Shown here piece after piece: positions 10,101-21,752 of a stretch of 60,692 nt of DNA. How positions within the stretch are numbered: position 1 is the stretch's first letter; the number at the start of each line of letters is the position of its first letter. The notes under the pieces were generated by a model that saw only the letters and a list, made by a program, of their open reading frames with translations, did not search any database and had not been told where the DNA came from. Origin of the DNA: Actinomycetota bacterium (GTDB lineage Bacteria > Actinomycetota > Actinomycetes > Actinomycetales > Microbacteriaceae); contig JBEAMR010000046.1 of assembly GCA_041165845.1 (NCBI GenBank), forward strand, positions 1 to 60,692. Reading direction: 5' to 3'. A program made the translations under genes and the position numbers.

Positions 10101-11912
10101 AACCTCCAGTTGGTTAACGCTCTAAAGGCTGCTGATGTTGAAACCGTTAAGGTTCGTTCAGTATTTACCTGTGACGCTCTAACTGGTGTTTGTGCTGCTT
10201 GTTACGGTGTTTCACTTGCTACCAACCAACCGGTTGAGCTGGGTGAAGCTATCGGTATCATCGCTGCTCAGTCAATCGGTGAACCTGGTACTCAGCTAAC
10301 AATGCGTACTTTCCACACCGGTGGTGCAGCTGCTGCAACTATCAAGAGAACAATCTTGAAGTCAATCGGTGGCCAGAAGGTTCGTGTTGAGCGTCTGATT
10401 TCTTATGACATCACTCAGGGTCTTACTGGTGTTACCGACTTGCTAGAAGCTCGTCCAGGTTGGCGTCAGGGTAAGGTCGGTGTCCTAGCCTTCTGGCCAG
10501 GTCGCATCGAACTGAAGGCAACAGGTCGCGAGTTCACCTCATTCCGTGGAGATGTCACAATCCGTGAGATTGCTGAAGTTGAAGCTAAGGATGAGAAGTC
10601 AACCAAGAACAAGATCTTTGCAAACGTCGTCTTCGCAGTCGATGACAAGGATGGTTCAAAGGTAGCTGACGCTTCTAAGGCTGGTAAGGCTGTTGTAGTT
10701 GCTGAAGGTGGAACTGTCACCAAGGTAACCGCAGAATACATTGAGGTTGAAGTTGACCGAACTGTTACCCCTCGTCTAGAGCCAGGCATTAACTTGTCAG
10801 ACGCTAAGTTGCAGGAAGTCCAGGCAGAGAACAAGAAGGCTAAGAGCCTTATGTCTAAGGTTCGCTACGAACTAACTGCTTTCGGTGGAAACAACTCTAA
10901 GCAGCGCGTATTTGTTACGGAAGGCGATGTTGTAGTCAACGGTCAGGTTATTGCTGACGGACTACTTTCATACCCAGTTGCAGATGCGGATGCTCTAGTG
11001 AAGTTAAAGAAGGCAAAGGTTGAGGCCGGAACCGTTCTAAACGCTAACGACCTAGTCGCTAAGTTCGGAATCGTGAAGGAAGTTGATGTCTTCATCACTC
11101 CTTCAGAAGAGGGCTACGAAGAAGCAGAGAAGATTGCGCAGAACTACGCGTTCAGCCGTTCAACTTCTAAGACCTTCCAGAAGCTATCTCCAAAGGACAA
11201 GATCGCTACCATCTCAGCAGCAGATATTGAATCAGAACTTTTGGTTCAGCCTGGTGACTGGGTAGGTCAGGGTGAATACGTCATCGATGGAACTCCTAAC
11301 CCACACGCAGTGCTTTCAGTTCTTGGTCCTAAGTGGGCTCAGTTCGAAATCATCCGTGGTGTTCAGGCGATCTATGGTTCACAGGGTGTTCCGCTACACG
11401 ATAAGCACCTTGAGGTTATCGTTCGTCAGATGCTAGGTAAGGTAACAGTTATCGAATCTGGTGAGACCGACATGCTTCCAGGTGAAGTTATCGACCGTAC
11501 TCGCTTCCAGGCTAAGAACCGTTTGGCTCAGCAGGCAGGGCAGAAGCCAGCTTCTGCCCGTCAGGAAGTTATGGGTATGACCCGTGCTTCTCTGGCTGCT
11601 CAGTCATGGCTATCTGCTGCTTCGTTCCAGGAAACTACCCGAGTCTTGACTCAGGCAGCCCTAGACCGTCGCGAAGACAAGCTAGAGGGTCTAAAGGAGA
11701 ACGTCATCATCGGTAAGTTGATCCCAGCCGGTACTGGTCTAAAGCAGTATCGCGATGTGGATGTTCAGGCTACCGAAGAGGCAAAGGCAGCTCGTTACCC
11801 TAACCGAATCTGGGATGCTCCGGCAGCCACAGCTGAGGTTGAGGACGAATTCGCCCCAGCTAACCTATTCAGCGCCAATTTTGACGACTGGGCAGAGAAA
11901 AAAGAAGAGTAA
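7179..11912 (+). CDS. rpoC: RNA polymerase beta' subunit, 1577 aa with large insertions
   Basis: Zn-finger [13 protein letters not shown], catalytic NADFDGD, trigger-loop QLTMRTFH, C-terminal [17 protein letters not shown]. Confidence 0.99.
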   Translation: MDVETFSSLRIGLATSDDIRSWSSGEVKKPETINYRTLKPEKDGLFCEKIFGPTKDWECSCGKYKRVRFKDIVCERCGVQVTKSSVRRERMGHIELAAPVTHIWYFKGVPSRLGYLLNMAPKDLEKIIYFAAYRVMEIDQEAKDLDWALIKDDYTQRVKQTLDSRFEEMMDVARDDYDFLVEAGLALQTSVKIWEAPVWVDAQFVKSIEQMIKLEIDDPKGYLDKPFTLEAGEGKDGVAREAAAQKVVNTKINDFRKKTEKIVREYARLERPNSLQKEHLAWRQFLVAEEGELIQNDVLFDYFDYYYGDYVITEIGALAVQQVLAKFDLAQAAEELKKEIADNKGSKQTQAIKRLKVVSSFLQSSTPTTSMVLDVLPVLPPEIRPMVQLDGGRFATSDLNDLYRRVINRNNRLKRFIDLGAVPKTILNNEKRMLQEAVDALFDNGRRGRPVTGTGNRPLKSLSDLLKGKQGRFRQNLLGKRVDYSGRSVIVVGPQLKMHQCGLPKLMALELFKPFVMKRLVDLGIAQNIKSAKRMVERSRSQVWDVLEEVIRERPVLLNRAPTLHRLGIQAFEPLLVEGKAIQLHPLVCAAFNADFDGDQMAVHLPLSVEAQAEARLLMLASNNILKPSDGKPVATPSQDMIIGLYYMTTVKEGGLGEGRVFGSVAEAQLAYDAHTLDVQSLVKIRIDGEIKETTLGRTLFAQTLPEGFVWKEEKVGKKQISQILTEMVELHERVDVAQALDRIKDAGFYWATRSGVSMAISDANFDSEGKFDKARQQMILAGEKEHTKIQESFDLGGITDLERRDELGALWFKRTNEIQELLQSEIPQGNAIRIMVESGARGNWIQIRSVLGMRGPVATSSGDFAPMPVKGNYLVGLTANEYFINATGARKGNADTAMKTAAAGYLTRRLVDVAQDVIVRDADCETTRFLEKSLKDADGNWDEQSIDLSVMQRNLAEDVKVGSTIVAKRNDSINLQLVNALKAADVETVKVRSVFTCDALTGVCAACYGVSLATNQPVELGEAIGIIAAQSIGEPGTQLTMRTFHTGGAAAATIKRTILKSIGGQKVRVERLISYDITQGLTGVTDLLEARPGWRQGKVGVLAFWPGRIELKATGREFTSFRGDVTIREIAEVEAKDEKSTKNKIFANVVFAVDDKDGSKVADASKAGKAVVVAEGGTVTKVTAEYIEVEVDRTVTPRLEPGINLSDAKLQEVQAENKKAKSLMSKVRYELTAFGGNNSKQRVFVTEGDVVVNGQVIADGLLSYPVADADALVKLKKAKVEAGTVLNANDLVAKFGIVKEVDVFITPSEEGYEEAEKIAQNYAFSRSTSKTFQKLSPKDKIATISAADIESELLVQPGDWVGQGEYVIDGTPNPHAVLSVLGPKWAQFEIIRGVQAIYGSQGVPLHDKHLEVIVRQMLGKVTVIESGETDMLPGEVIDRTRFQAKNRLAQQAGQKPASARQEVMGMTRASLAAQSWLSAASFQETTRVLTQAALDRREDKLEGLKENVIIGKLIPAGTGLKQYRDVDVQATEEAKAARYPNRIWDAPAATAEVEDEFAPANLFSANFDDWAEKKEE

Positions 11913-11921
11913 AAATTCTGT

Positions 11922-11951
11922 TTGACCCACTGGAGATATTTCAGGTAGGCT
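11922..11951 (+). promoter_or_regulatory. Putative sigmaA promoter of the str operon
   Basis: TTGACC-18 bp-TAGGCT. Confidence 0.6.
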
Positions 11952-12112
11952 AGGCAAGGTTTGTGATTATCCCCAAACCGAGCCCTGATTTCTGAGTGAT
12001 TTAGCTCCGGTGGGCCAGAACAGATTTTGATACAGCAAACGCGGTATCTAAAGCCAAAAGAGTAATACAAAACTCGGCTGTCTAAAGCAGTCGAAACTAA
12101 CAAGGAGAAGTT

Positions 12113-12484
12113 GTGCCAACAATTCAGCAGTTGGTCCGTAAGGGTCGCAGCGCCAAGGCTACTAAGTCGAAAACGCCAGCTCTTAAGGCCAGCCCACAGC
12201 GCCGCGGTGTGTGCACCCGTGTTTACACCACCACCCCTAAGAAGCCGAACTCGGCTCTACGTAAGGTGGCTCGTGTCAAGCTTTCAAACGGTATTGAAGT
12301 TACCGCGTACATCCCGGGCGAAGGTCACAACCTCCAGGAGCACTCAATGGTGCTAGTTCGTGGTGGTCGTGTTAAGGACCTACCAGGTGTCCGTTACAAG
12401 ATCGTCCGCGGTGCTCTAGACACTCAGGCAGTTAAGAACCGTAAACAGGCTCGTAGCCAATACGGCGCAAAGAAGGGTAAGTAA
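12113..12484 (+). CDS. rpsL: 30S ribosomal protein S12
   Basis: [20 protein letters not shown]; GTG start with AAGGAG SD. Confidence 0.99.
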   Translation: MPTIQQLVRKGRSAKATKSKTPALKASPQRRGVCTRVYTTTPKKPNSALRKVARVKLSNGIEVTAYIPGEGHNLQEHSMVLVRGGRVKDLPGVRYKIVRGALDTQAVKNRKQARSQYGAKKGK

Positions 12485-12954
12485 TGCCTCGTAAAGGTCC
12501 TATAACTAAGAAGCCAGTGGTCTCTGACCCAGTTTATGGTTCACAAGTTGTAACAACTTTGGTCAACAAGATTCTTCTTGATGGCAAGAAGAGCGTTGCA
12601 GAGTCAATCGTTTATGGTGCACTTTCTGGTGCAGCAGAGAAGAGCAGCCAGGATGCTGTTGTTCTTCTAAAGAAGGCTCTGGACAACATTCGTCCAACCG
12701 TTGAGGTTCGTTCACGTCGCGTTGGTGGTTCAACCTACCAGGTGCCAGTTGAAGTTAAGTCTCACCGTGCCAACACACTAGCTCTTCGCTGGTTGGTTGG
12801 TTACGCAAAGGCTCGTCGTGAGAAGACCATGACTGAGCGTTTGATGAACGAGATCCTAGATGCCTCTAACGGTCTAGGTGCGGCTGTGAAGCGTCGTGAA
12901 GACACTCACAAGATGGCAGAGTCAAACAAGGCTTTCGCTCACTACCGCTGGTAA
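12484..12954 (+). CDS. rpsG: 30S ribosomal protein S7
   Basis: [18 protein letters not shown]. Confidence 0.99.
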   Translation: MPRKGPITKKPVVSDPVYGSQVVTTLVNKILLDGKKSVAESIVYGALSGAAEKSSQDAVVLLKKALDNIRPTVEVRSRRVGGSTYQVPVEVKSHRANTLALRWLVGYAKARREKTMTERLMNEILDASNGLGAAVKRREDTHKMAESNKAFAHYRW

Positions 12955-13043
12955 GAATTAAACTCATCCGCTTGTTAACCTTTCGTTTAGCAAGCGGATG
13001 TTTCATTAAGTAAGTAAACCCAAATCTAACTCGGAGGACCATC

Positions 13044-15146
13044 GTGGCCCAAGAAGTACTAACCGACCTGAACAAGGTACGTAACATCGGCATCATGGCG
13101 CACATTGACGCTGGTAAAACAACCACCACCGAGCGCATCTTGTTCTACACCGGTATCACTCACAAGATCGGTGAAGTGCACGATGGTGCAGCAACCATGG
13201 ACTGGATGGAGCAGGAGCAGGAACGTGGTATTACCATTACCTCAGCTGCGACCACCTGTTTCTGGAACAAGAACCAGATCAACATCATTGACACCCCTGG
13301 ACACGTTGACTTCACTGTTGAAGTTGAGCGTTCACTTCGTGTTCTAGATGGTGCTGTTGCTGTATTCGATGGTAAAGAAGGTGTTGAGCCTCAGTCAGAG
13401 ACCGTTTGGCGTCAGGCTGACAAGTATGACGTACCTCGTATCTGTTTCGTAAACAAGATGGACAAGTTAGGTGCTGACTTCTACTTCACCGTAGACACCA
13501 TCATCAAGCGTCTAGGTGCTCGTCCACTAGTTATCCAGCTTCCAATCGGTGCTGAATCAACTTTTGAAGGTGTTATCGACCTAGTTGAGATGCGTGCACT
13601 TACCTGGCGTGGAGATGTGGAGATGGGTGCTAAGTACACCATCGAAGAGATCCCAGCTGACATGAGGGAAAAGGCGGACGAGTACCGTGCAGCTCTTCTT
13701 GAGACTGTTGCTGAAGCCGATGACGCTCTAATGGAGAAGTACTTCGCAGGTGAAGAACTAACCGTTGCTGAGATCAAGGGTGCTATCCGTAAGCTAACTG
13801 TTTCTTCAACCCTCTACCCAATCCTTTGTGGTTCGGCGTTCAAGAACAAGGGTGTTCAGCCAATGCTTGACGCTGTTATCGACTACCTACCTTCACCACT
13901 AGACGTTCCTGCTGTTGAGGGACACGATGTTCGTGACGAAGAGAAGATCGTAAAGCGCGAGCCTAAGTCTTCTGAGCCTTTCGCAGCTCTAGCGTTCAAG
14001 GTTATGACTCACCCATTCTTTGGTCGTCTAACCTACATCCGTGTTTACTCAGGTGCAGCTAACCAGGGTGACCAGGTCTTGAACTCAACTAAGGACAAGA
14101 AAGAGCGCATTGGTAAGTTGTTCCAGATGCACGCCAACAAAGAAAACCCTGTTGAGTCTGTAACTGCTGGACACATCTATGCAGCTATTGGTCTAAAGGA
14201 CACCACAACCGGTGACACACTTTGTGACATCACCAACCCAGTGGTTCTAGAGTCAATGACCTTCCCTAAGCCTGTTATCTCTGTTGCTATTGAGCCAAAG
14301 ACCAAGAGCGACCAGGAGAAGCTAGGTCTAGCTATCCAGAAGCTTGCTGAAGAAGACCCAACATTCCGCGTTGAGCAGGACCAGGAAACTGGTCAGACTG
14401 TTATCTCGGGTATGGGTGAACTTCACCTAGACATCCTTGTTGACAGAATGCGTCGCGAATTCAAGGTTGAGGCTAACGTTGGTAAGCCTCAGGTTGCATA
14501 CCGCGAGACTCTAAAACGTGTTGTTGAGAAGTATGACTACACCCACAAGAAGCAGACCGGTGGTTCAGGTCAGTTCGCTAAGGTCCAGATCAAACTGGAG
14601 CCTATGGAAGTTGAGGGTGACAAGACTTACGAGTTCGTTAACTCAGTAACTGGTGGTCGTGTTCCTCGCGAATACATCCCTTCAGTTGACGCTGGTATTC
14701 GCGATGCGATGCTGGTTGGAACTCTTGCTGGATACCCAGTTGTGGGTGTTAAAGCTACTCTTCTTGATGGCGCATATCACGATGTTGACTCATCTGAAAT
14801 GGCCTTCAAGATTGCTGGATCGATTGCTTACAAAGAAGCATCTCGTCTAGCACAACCTGTACTGCTCGAGCCGTTGATGGCCGTCGAAGTGCGTACCCCA
14901 GAGGAATACATGGGTGACGTTATCGGAGACCTCAACTCTCGCCGTGGTCAGATTCAGTCAATGGACGACGCTACTGGCGTCAAGGTCGTTCGCGCCCTAG
15001 TTCCACTGTCGGAAATGTTCGGTTACGTTGGAGACCTGCGCTCGAAGACTTCGGGTCGTGCGGTCTACTCAATGACTTTTGAGTCCTATTCTGAGGTCCC
15101 AAAGGCTGTTGCTGACGAAATCGTTCAGAAGAACAAGGGCGAGTAG
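13044..15146 (+). CDS. fusA: Elongation factor G
   Basis: [23 protein letters not shown]. Confidence 0.99.
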   Translation: MAQEVLTDLNKVRNIGIMAHIDAGKTTTTERILFYTGITHKIGEVHDGAATMDWMEQEQERGITITSAATTCFWNKNQINIIDTPGHVDFTVEVERSLRVLDGAVAVFDGKEGVEPQSETVWRQADKYDVPRICFVNKMDKLGADFYFTVDTIIKRLGARPLVIQLPIGAESTFEGVIDLVEMRALTWRGDVEMGAKYTIEEIPADMREKADEYRAALLETVAEADDALMEKYFAGEELTVAEIKGAIRKLTVSSTLYPILCGSAFKNKGVQPMLDAVIDYLPSPLDVPAVEGHDVRDEEKIVKREPKSSEPFAALAFKVMTHPFFGRLTYIRVYSGAANQGDQVLNSTKDKKERIGKLFQMHANKENPVESVTAGHIYAAIGLKDTTTGDTLCDITNPVVLESMTFPKPVISVAIEPKTKSDQEKLGLAIQKLAEEDPTFRVEQDQETGQTVISGMGELHLDILVDRMRREFKVEANVGKPQVAYRETLKRVVEKYDYTHKKQTGGSGQFAKVQIKLEPMEVEGDKTYEFVNSVTGGRVPREYIPSVDAGIRDAMLVGTLAGYPVVGVKATLLDGAYHDVDSSEMAFKIAGSIAYKEASRLAQPVLLEPLMAVEVRTPEEYMGDVIGDLNSRRGQIQSMDDATGVKVVRALVPLSEMFGYVGDLRSKTSGRAVYSMTFESYSEVPKAVADEIVQKNKGE

Positions 15147-15263
15147 CTTTTAGGTTTCCTAGAAGCGGCTTTCTTGAGTAAGATAGAAAATCTGTAAACC
15201 CCAAATCTTTTAGGGCATAAATCGTGCCCGAGGGATACAACGAGTCCTGAGGAGGACCAATAA

Positions 15264-16454
15264 ATGGCTAAGGCGAAATTCGAACGCACAAAGCCGCACG
15301 TCAATATCGGTACTATCGGTCACGTTGACCACGGTAAGACCACATTGACTGCGGCCATTACTAAGGTGCTACATGACAAGTACCCAAGTTTGAACGCATC
15401 ATACGCGTTCGACCAGATCGACAACTCACCTGAAGAAAAGCAGCGTGGTATTACGATCAACATCTCACACGTTGAGTACCAGACCGAGAAGCGCCACTAC
15501 GCTCACGTAGACGCTCCGGGCCACGCTGACTACATCAAGAACATGATTACTGGTGCAGCTCAGATGGATGGTGCGATTCTTGTAGTTGCAGCAACTGACG
15601 GCCCTATGCCTCAGACCAAGGAGCACGTACTACTTGCTCGTCAGGTTGGTGTTCCATACATCGTTGTAGCTCTAAACAAGTCAGACATGGTTGACGATGC
15701 AGAAATCCTAGAACTAGTTGAGGTTGAGGTCCGTGACCTACTAAGCCAGTACGAGTTCCCAGGCGACACTGCTCCAGTTATCCAGGTTTCAGCTCTTAAG
15801 GCTCTTGAGGGCGATGCTAAGTGGGGCGAGTCAGTTCTTGCACTTATGGACGCAGTGGATGCAAACATCCCTGAGCCTGTGCGTGACCTAGACAAGCCTT
15901 TCCTAATGCCTGTTGAAGACGTCTTCACCATCACTGGTCGTGGAACTGTTATCACCGGCAAAATCGAGCGTGGCCAGGTCAAGGTTAACGACGAAGTCGA
16001 AATCGTTGGTATCCGCGACAAGCAGAAGACCACCGTTACCGGTATCGAAATGTTCCGCAAGCTACTTGACTACGCAGAAGCTGGTGAAAACGTAGGTCTA
16101 TTGCTACGTGGAACCAAGCGTGAAGACGTAGAGCGCGGTCAGGTTGTTTGTAAGCCTGGTTCGATTACACCTCACACTGGCTTTGATGGCAACGTCTACA
16201 TCCTTTCAAAGGATGAGGGTGGCCGTCACAACCCGTTCTACTCAAACTACCGCCCACAGTTCTACTTCCGTACCACTGACGTGACTGGTGTTATCACCCT
16301 TCCTGCTGGTACTGAAATGGTTATGCCTGGCGACACCACCGAAATGGCAGTTGAGCTAATTCAGCCAATCGCTATGGAAGAGGGTCTTCGCTTCGCTATC
16401 CGTGAAGGTGGCCGCACAGTAGGTGCAGGTACAGTAGTAAAGATCACCAAGTAG
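15264..16454 (+). CDS. tuf: Elongation factor Tu
   Basis: [27 protein letters not shown]. Confidence 0.99.
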   Translation: MAKAKFERTKPHVNIGTIGHVDHGKTTLTAAITKVLHDKYPSLNASYAFDQIDNSPEEKQRGITINISHVEYQTEKRHYAHVDAPGHADYIKNMITGAAQMDGAILVVAATDGPMPQTKEHVLLARQVGVPYIVVALNKSDMVDDAEILELVEVEVRDLLSQYEFPGDTAPVIQVSALKALEGDAKWGESVLALMDAVDANIPEPVRDLDKPFLMPVEDVFTITGRGTVITGKIERGQVKVNDEVEIVGIRDKQKTTVTGIEMFRKLLDYAEAGENVGLLLRGTKREDVERGQVVCKPGSITPHTGFDGNVYILSKDEGGRHNPFYSNYRPQFYFRTTDVTGVITLPAGTEMVMPGDTTEMAVELIQPIAMEEGLRFAIREGGRTVGAGTVVKITK

Positions 16455-16470
16455 TTCTTTAGAATTACTC

Positions 16471-16508
16471 AAAGAACCCCAGGCCTTTTGGTCTGGGGTT
16501 CTTTATTT
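16471..16508 (+). terminator. Intrinsic terminator of the str operon
   Basis: AAAGAACCCCAGGCC-tttt-GGTCTGGGGTTCTTT then ATTT. Confidence 0.85.
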
Positions 16509-16549
16509 AATAAAAATTGCTTAGATTAGCGAATTTTTCCATCTTTAAC

Positions 16550-16579
16550 TTGCACCGACACGCTCAGTTGTGCCAAGAT
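16550..16579 (+). promoter_or_regulatory. Putative promoter of the S10 operon
   Basis: TTGCAC-18 bp-CAAGAT, with TGn upstream of the -10. Confidence 0.45.
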
Positions 16580-16685
16580 AGACAGGTTCATGTGATTTTC
16601 ACCCTGTCTTGGGTGAACCACTGCAGGCAAAGTGAACCGCTAACACGGGTCCGGCCGCAGCTGAACCGCAAATTTAACCGAAACC

Positions 16686-16768
16686 GTAACTGGGTTTGAC
16701 GTGAGCCAAGGCTCGCGACACTCCCGAGTGCGTGGGTCGGAGCAGTGCCCCAGGTAACTGGGTTTGAC
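16686..16768 (+). repeat. 15-bp exact direct repeat in the S10 leader
   Basis: GTAACTGGGTTTGAC at 16686-16700 and 16754-16768. Confidence 0.85.
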
Positions 16769-16843
16769 AGGTAAATAGTGGTGCATATCAAAGAAAGTGC
16801 TGCTAATTATTGACGGCTGAAACCGTCAAGAAAGCGAGTCATA

Positions 16844-17152
16844 ATGGCTGATCAGAAGATCCGCATTCGACTAAAGTCGTACGACCACGAGGTCATCGAT
16901 TCGTCGGCGCGTAAGATCGTCGACACAGTTATCCGTGCCGGTGCCCAGGTTGTTGGTCCAGTACCACTACCTACAGAGAAGAACGTAATCGCTGTTATTC
17001 GTTCTCCGCACAAATACAAGGACAGTCGCGAGCACTTCGAGATGCGCACCCACAAGCGCTTGATCGATATCATCAACCCAACTCCTAAGGCAGTTGACTC
17101 TTTGATGCGCCTCGACCTTCCTGCCGACGTCAACATTGAGATCAAGCTCTAA
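16844..17152 (+). CDS. rpsJ: 30S ribosomal protein S10
   Basis: [32 protein letters not shown]. Confidence 0.99.
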   Translation: MADQKIRIRLKSYDHEVIDSSARKIVDTVIRAGAQVVGPVPLPTEKNVIAVIRSPHKYKDSREHFEMRTHKRLIDIINPTPKAVDSLMRLDLPADVNIEIKL

Positions 17153-17160
17153 GGAAAATA

Positions 17161-17814
17161 ATGACTACTGTTCGTATTGTGAAAGGTCTACTGGGCAAGA
17201 AGCTCGGGATGACTCAGGCTTGGGACGCCAACAACAAGATGATTCCTATCACTGTTGTTGAGGCAGGCTCCAACGTAATTACTCAGATCAAGAACGCTGA
17301 GATCGATGGCTACACAGCTATCCAGGTTGCATACGGTGCAATCGACCCACGCAAGGTTAACAAGCCAGATGCTGGTCACTTTGGAAAGGCTGGAGTTACT
17401 CCTCGCCGCTTCCTAGCAGAAATCAGAACCCTAGATGCTGACACCTATGAAGTTGGTCAGGAACTTGGTGTGGAGGTTTTTGAAGTTGGTCAGGTTGTCG
17501 ATGTTGTTGGTACCAGCAAGGGTAAGGGTTTTGCCGGTCACATGAAGCGTCACGGTTTCTCTGGTGTTGGTGCATCTCACGGTGCTCACCGTAACCACCG
17601 TAAGCCTGGTTCGATTGGTGCTACCACCACTCCAGGACGTGTTTTCAAGGGAACTCGTATGGCTGGACGCATGGGTCAGGACAGAGTAACAACTCTGAAC
17701 CTAACTATCCACGGCATTGACGCTGAAAAGGGTCTGCTGTTGATCAAGGGTGCAGTTCCTGGTTCTAAGGGTTCACTCGTATTCGTTCGTAACGCCGTCA
17801 AGAAGGGTGCTTAA
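17161..17814 (+). CDS. rplC: 50S ribosomal protein L3
   Basis: [24 protein letters not shown]. Confidence 0.99.
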   Translation: MTTVRIVKGLLGKKLGMTQAWDANNKMIPITVVEAGSNVITQIKNAEIDGYTAIQVAYGAIDPRKVNKPDAGHFGKAGVTPRRFLAEIRTLDADTYEVGQELGVEVFEVGQVVDVVGTSKGKGFAGHMKRHGFSGVGASHGAHRNHRKPGSIGATTTPGRVFKGTRMAGRMGQDRVTTLNLTIHGIDAEKGLLLIKGAVPGSKGSLVFVRNAVKKGA

Positions 17815-17819
17815 TTCTC

Positions 17820-18455
17820 ATGGCTAACGTAGATGTATTAGACGTACAGGGAAAGAAGTCAGGTTCGGTTGAACTTGATGCAGCTCTGTTCGATGTCAAC
17901 ATCAGCATTCCACTTGTTCACCAGGTAGTTGTTGCTCAGCTTGCTGCTGCTCGTCAGGGAACTCAATCAACTAAGCGTCACGGTGAAGTTTCTGGAACTG
18001 GTAAGAAGCCTTTCAAGCAGAAGGGAACTGGACGTGCGCGTCAGGGTTCACTTCGTGCTCCTCAGATGCGTGGTGGTTACATCACTCACGGTCCTAAGCC
18101 TCGTGACTACGACCAGAGAACACCTAAGAAGATGAAGGCTGCTGCTGTTCGTCAGGCACTAACTGATAGAGCACGTAATAACCGTCTACACGTTGTTGAG
18201 TCTTTGTCTCTCGGAGACAAGCCTTCAACTAAGGCAGCTCAGGCTTACCTTTCAAAGTTCACCAAGCAGAAGAACGTGCTAGTTGTTCTTGATCGTACTG
18301 ATGAACTTAGCTACCTAAGCTTGCGCAACTTGAAGAACGTTCACGTTATTCCAGTTGACCAGCTAAACGCATACGACATTTTGAACTCAGACGACCTAGT
18401 TTTCACTAAGTCAGCTATCGATGAGTTCACTGCTAACTCAAAGAAGGAGGCGTAA
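17820..18455 (+). CDS. rplD: 50S ribosomal protein L4
   Basis: [15 protein letters not shown]. Confidence 0.99.
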   Translation: MANVDVLDVQGKKSGSVELDAALFDVNISIPLVHQVVVAQLAAARQGTQSTKRHGEVSGTGKKPFKQKGTGRARQGSLRAPQMRGGYITHGPKPRDYDQRTPKKMKAAAVRQALTDRARNNRLHVVESLSLGDKPSTKAAQAYLSKFTKQKNVLVVLDRTDELSYLSLRNLKNVHVIPVDQLNAYDILNSDDLVFTKSAIDEFTANSKKEA

Positions 18456-18457
18456 AC

Positions 18458-18757
18458 ATGTCTGCAATCAACAAAGACCCAAGAGATGTGATCATCCGTC
18501 CAATCGTTTCTGAGAAGTCATACAACCTGATTGATCAGGGTAAGTACACCTTCGAAGTTGACCCACGTTCAAACAAGACTGAGATCAAGCAGGCCGTTGA
18601 AGTTATCTTCAACGTCAAGGTTGCTTCAGTGAACACTTTGAACCGCATTGGTAAGACCCGTAAGACCAAGTTTGGTTTGGGTAAGCGTAAGGACACCAAG
18701 CGCGCAATCATCACTCTAAAGAGTGGTTCCATCGACCTATTTAGCAACATCGGATAA
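18458..18757 (+). CDS. rplW: 50S ribosomal protein L23
   Basis: [15 protein letters not shown]; operon position. Confidence 0.98.
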   Translation: MSAINKDPRDVIIRPIVSEKSYNLIDQGKYTFEVDPRSNKTEIKQAVEVIFNVKVASVNTLNRIGKTRKTKFGLGKRKDTKRAIITLKSGSIDLFSNIG

Positions 18758-18768
18758 GGCAGAGAAAA

Positions 18769-19602
18769 ATGGGAATTCGTAAATATAAGCCAACGACTCC
18801 AGGTCGTCGCGGTTCATCAGTTTCAGACTTTGCTGAAATCACTAGAACTACTCCTGAGAAGTCACTGCTGCGTCCACTACCTAAGACCGGTGGTCGTAAC
18901 GCATCAGGTCGTATCACTACTCGTCACATCGGTGGAGGACACAAGCGTCAGTATCGTGTAATCGACTTCCGTCGTCACGACAAGGACGGCGTTCCAGCCG
19001 TTGTTGCTCACATCGAGTATGACCCGAACCGTACAGCTCGTATTGCTCTACTTCACTACGCAGATGGCGAGAAGCGTTACATCATCGCTCCAGCGAAGCT
19101 AAAGCAGGGTGACAAGATCGAGCAGGGTCCAAACGCTGACATCAAGCCAGGTAACGCTCTTCCCTTGAAGAACATCCCGGTCGGTACTGTTGTTCACGCT
19201 ATCGAGCTAAAGCCAGGCGGTGGAGCAAAGATGGGTCGTTCAGCTGGTGCTTCAATCCGTCTAGTTGCTAAAGATGGTGGAATGGCTCAGCTTCGCTTGC
19301 CTTCAGGTGAAATCCGTAACGTCGATGCTCGCTGCCGCGCAACCATCGGTGAAGTCGGTAACGCTGAGCAGTCAAACATCAACTGGGGTAAAGCAGGACG
19401 TATGCGCTGGAAGGGTGTTCGCCCAACAGTTCGTGGTGTTGCGATGAACCCTGTCGATCACCCACACGGTGGTGGTGAAGGTAAGACTTCTGGTGGACGT
19501 CACCCAGTGACTCCTTGGGGTCAAGCTGAAGGCCGCACCCGTAAGCCAAACTTGCCAAGCGACAAGCAAATTGTTCGCCGTCGTCCACGTGGAAGCCACT
19601 AG
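18769..19602 (+). CDS. rplB: 50S ribosomal protein L2
   Basis: [23 protein letters not shown]. Confidence 0.99.
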   Translation: MGIRKYKPTTPGRRGSSVSDFAEITRTTPEKSLLRPLPKTGGRNASGRITTRHIGGGHKRQYRVIDFRRHDKDGVPAVVAHIEYDPNRTARIALLHYADGEKRYIIAPAKLKQGDKIEQGPNADIKPGNALPLKNIPVGTVVHAIELKPGGGAKMGRSAGASIRLVAKDGGMAQLRLPSGEIRNVDARCRATIGEVGNAEQSNINWGKAGRMRWKGVRPTVRGVAMNPVDHPHGGGEGKTSGGRHPVTPWGQAEGRTRKPNLPSDKQIVRRRPRGSH

Positions 19603-19618
19603 TAGGAGCTAGAAGAAT

Positions 19619-19900
19619 ATGCCAAGAAGTTTAAAGAAGGGCCCTTTCGTTGATGAGCACCTATTCAAAAAGGTTGCTAAGCAGAACGAGGCCAACAGCA
19701 AGAACGTGATCAAGACCTGGTCACGCCGCTCAATGATCGTTCCAGCCATGTTGGGTCACACCATCGCGGTTCACGACGGTCGTAAGCACATCCCAGTTTT
19801 CGTCACTGAGACCATGGTTGGTCACAAGCTAGGCGAATTCGCACCTACCCGCACCTTCCGTGGACACGTGAAGGACGACAAGAAGGGTCGCAGGAAGTAA
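19619..19900 (+). CDS. rpsS: 30S ribosomal protein S19
   Basis: [20 protein letters not shown]. Confidence 0.99.
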   Translation: MPRSLKKGPFVDEHLFKKVAKQNEANSKNVIKTWSRRSMIVPAMLGHTIAVHDGRKHIPVFVTETMVGHKLGEFAPTRTFRGHVKDDKKGRRK

Positions 19901-19902
19901 TC

Positions 19903-20295
19903 ATGGAAGCTACCGCTAAATTACGCAGTGTTCGTATTACACCGCAGAAGGCTCGTCGTGTTGTCGACCTTATCCGTGGCAAGAGTGCAGAAGAAGCTCT
20001 AGCGCTGATGAAGTTTGCACCTCAGGCTGCTGCTGAGCCAGTCAACAAGTTGATTGCTTCTGCAGTTGCTAACGCGAGAGTGAAGGCAGATGCAGCTAAC
20101 GTTCGTTTGGACGAGAGCGACCTAATCATCTCTGCAGCATTCGTTGATGAAGGTGCGACCATGAAGAGATTCATGCCTCGTGCTCAGGGCCGTGCAGCTC
20201 AGATCCTAAAGCGCACCAGCCACATCACAGTTGTAGTTTCAACACCAGATGAGATCGTTGCTAAGGCGACCGCACAGAAGGCGAGGACCAAGTAA
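19903..20295 (+). CDS. rplV: 50S ribosomal protein L22
   Basis: [17 protein letters not shown]. Confidence 0.99.
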   Translation: MEATAKLRSVRITPQKARRVVDLIRGKSAEEALALMKFAPQAAAEPVNKLIASAVANARVKADAANVRLDESDLIISAAFVDEGATMKRFMPRAQGRAAQILKRTSHITVVVSTPDEIVAKATAQKARTK

Positions 20296-21029
20296 TGGGT
20301 CAGAAAGTCAATCCATACGGTTTCAGACTTGGAATCACTACCGACCACCGTTCACGTTGGTTCGCAGATTCAACCAAGCTTGGACAGCGTTACAAAGACT
20401 ACGTTGCAGAAGACATCCGCATCCGTATTCTTCTAACCGAGCGTCTAGACCGTGCCGGTGTTTCACACATCGAGATCAAGCGAACCCGTGACCGTGTTGA
20501 GATCAACATCCACACCGCTCGTCCTGGTCTCGTTATCGGTCGTCGTGGTCAGGAAGCTGAAGCAATCAGAACTGATCTTGAGAAGCTAACCAAGAAGCAG
20601 ATCCAGCTAAACATCCTTGAGGTTAAGAACCCAGAGATGGATGCACAGCTTGTTGCTCAGGGTATTGCAGAACAGCTAGCAGCTCGTGTTGCTTTCCGTC
20701 GTGCAATGCGTAAGGGTATGCAGGGTGCTGAGCGTCAGGGTGCTAAGGGTATCCGTGTTCAGTGTTCAGGTCGTCTCGGTGGTGCAGAAATGAGCCGCTC
20801 GGAGTTCTACCGTCAGGGAAGAGTTCCACTACACACACTTCGTGCCAACATCGATTACGGTTTCTACGAAGCCAAGACCACTTTCGGTCGTATCGGTGTG
20901 AAGGTATGGATCTACAAGGGTGACATCACCAACAAGGAGCTAGCGAAGGAGCAGGCTAACGCCAAGCCAGTTCGCGAAGGCCGTGGACGTCGTCCAGCAC
21001 AGGCACCAGCAGAAAGCGTTGAGGCATAA
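20295..21029 (+). CDS. rpsC: 30S ribosomal protein S3
   Basis: [27 protein letters not shown]. Confidence 0.99.
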   Translation: MGQKVNPYGFRLGITTDHRSRWFADSTKLGQRYKDYVAEDIRIRILLTERLDRAGVSHIEIKRTRDRVEINIHTARPGLVIGRRGQEAEAIRTDLEKLTKKQIQLNILEVKNPEMDAQLVAQGIAEQLAARVAFRRAMRKGMQGAERQGAKGIRVQCSGRLGGAEMSRSEFYRQGRVPLHTLRANIDYGFYEAKTTFGRIGVKVWIYKGDITNKELAKEQANAKPVREGRGRRPAQAPAESVEA

Positions 21030-21031
21030 TC

Positions 21032-21451
21032 ATGTTGATTCCACGTAAAGTAAAGCACCGTAAGCAACACCACCCAAACAGAAGTGGTGCAGCAACCGGT
21101 GGAACAAAGGTAGCTTTCGGTGAGTGGGGCATCCAGGCTCTAACTCCTGCATACGTTACTAACCGTCAGATTGAATCTGCTCGTATTGCTATGACTCGTC
21201 ACATCAAGCGTGGTGGAAAGGTTTGGATCAACATTTTCCCAGACCGTCCACTAACCAAGAAGCCTGCTGAAACTCGTATGGGTTCCGGTAAGGGTTCACC
21301 TGAGTGGTGGGTAGCTAACGTCAAGCCAGGTCGAGTTATGTTCGAGCTTTCAGGTGTTACCGAGGAAGTTGCTCGTGAAGCAATGACTCGTGCAATCCAC
21401 AAGCTTCCACTTAAGGCTCGCATTATCAAGCGCGAAGAAGGTGACGCATAA
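21032..21451 (+). CDS. rplP: 50S ribosomal protein L16
   Basis: [10 protein letters not shown]. Confidence 0.99.
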   Translation: MLIPRKVKHRKQHHPNRSGAATGGTKVAFGEWGIQALTPAYVTNRQIESARIAMTRHIKRGGKVWINIFPDRPLTKKPAETRMGSGKGSPEWWVANVKPGRVMFELSGVTEEVAREAMTRAIHKLPLKARIIKREEGDA

Positions 21452-21750
21452 TGTCGATCGGTTCAAAGAATCTAACTCCAGCTGACCTAGATGCAATCGA
21501 GGACTCAGTTTTGGTTGAAGAACTAAAGAAGGCTAAGGAAGAATTATTCAACCTTCGTTTTCAGTCAGCAACTGGCCAGCTAGAAAGCCACGGACGCATC
21601 AAGGCTGTTAAGCGCGATATCGCTCGCATCTACACAGTCATTCGTGAACGTGAACTAGGTATCCGCGCTGTTGTTGCAGCAGCTCCAGTCAAGAAGACTG
21701 CAAGCAAATCTAAGGCAACCGAAGCGGCTGCTGAAACTGAGGAGGCATAA
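21451..21750 (+). CDS. rpmC: 50S ribosomal protein L29 with an Ala/Lys/Glu tail
   Basis: [19 protein letters not shown]. Confidence 0.98.
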   Translation: MSIGSKNLTPADLDAIEDSVLVEELKKAKEELFNLRFQSATGQLESHGRIKAVKRDIARIYTVIRERELGIRAVVAAAPVKKTASKSKATEAAAETEEA

Positions 21751-21752
21751 CC

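Noticed and set aside
10326-11069. Intein or mobile intron explaining the rpoC insertions
   Set aside because: No C/S...HN-C/S/T splice junctions or LAGLIDADG motifs; the frame is continuous and codon usage matches the rest of the gene.
11960-12110. ncRNA or riboswitch between rpoC and rpsL
   Set aside because: Only short hairpins consistent with an ordinary str leader; I recognise no aptamer or tRNA fold.
12113-12484. Streptomycin-resistance changes in S12
   Set aside because: The PKKPNS and RVKDLP lysines are intact.
16517-16699. 60-aa leader peptide upstream of rpsJ
   Set aside because: TTG start with no SD, upstream of the predicted promoter, and atypical codon usage.
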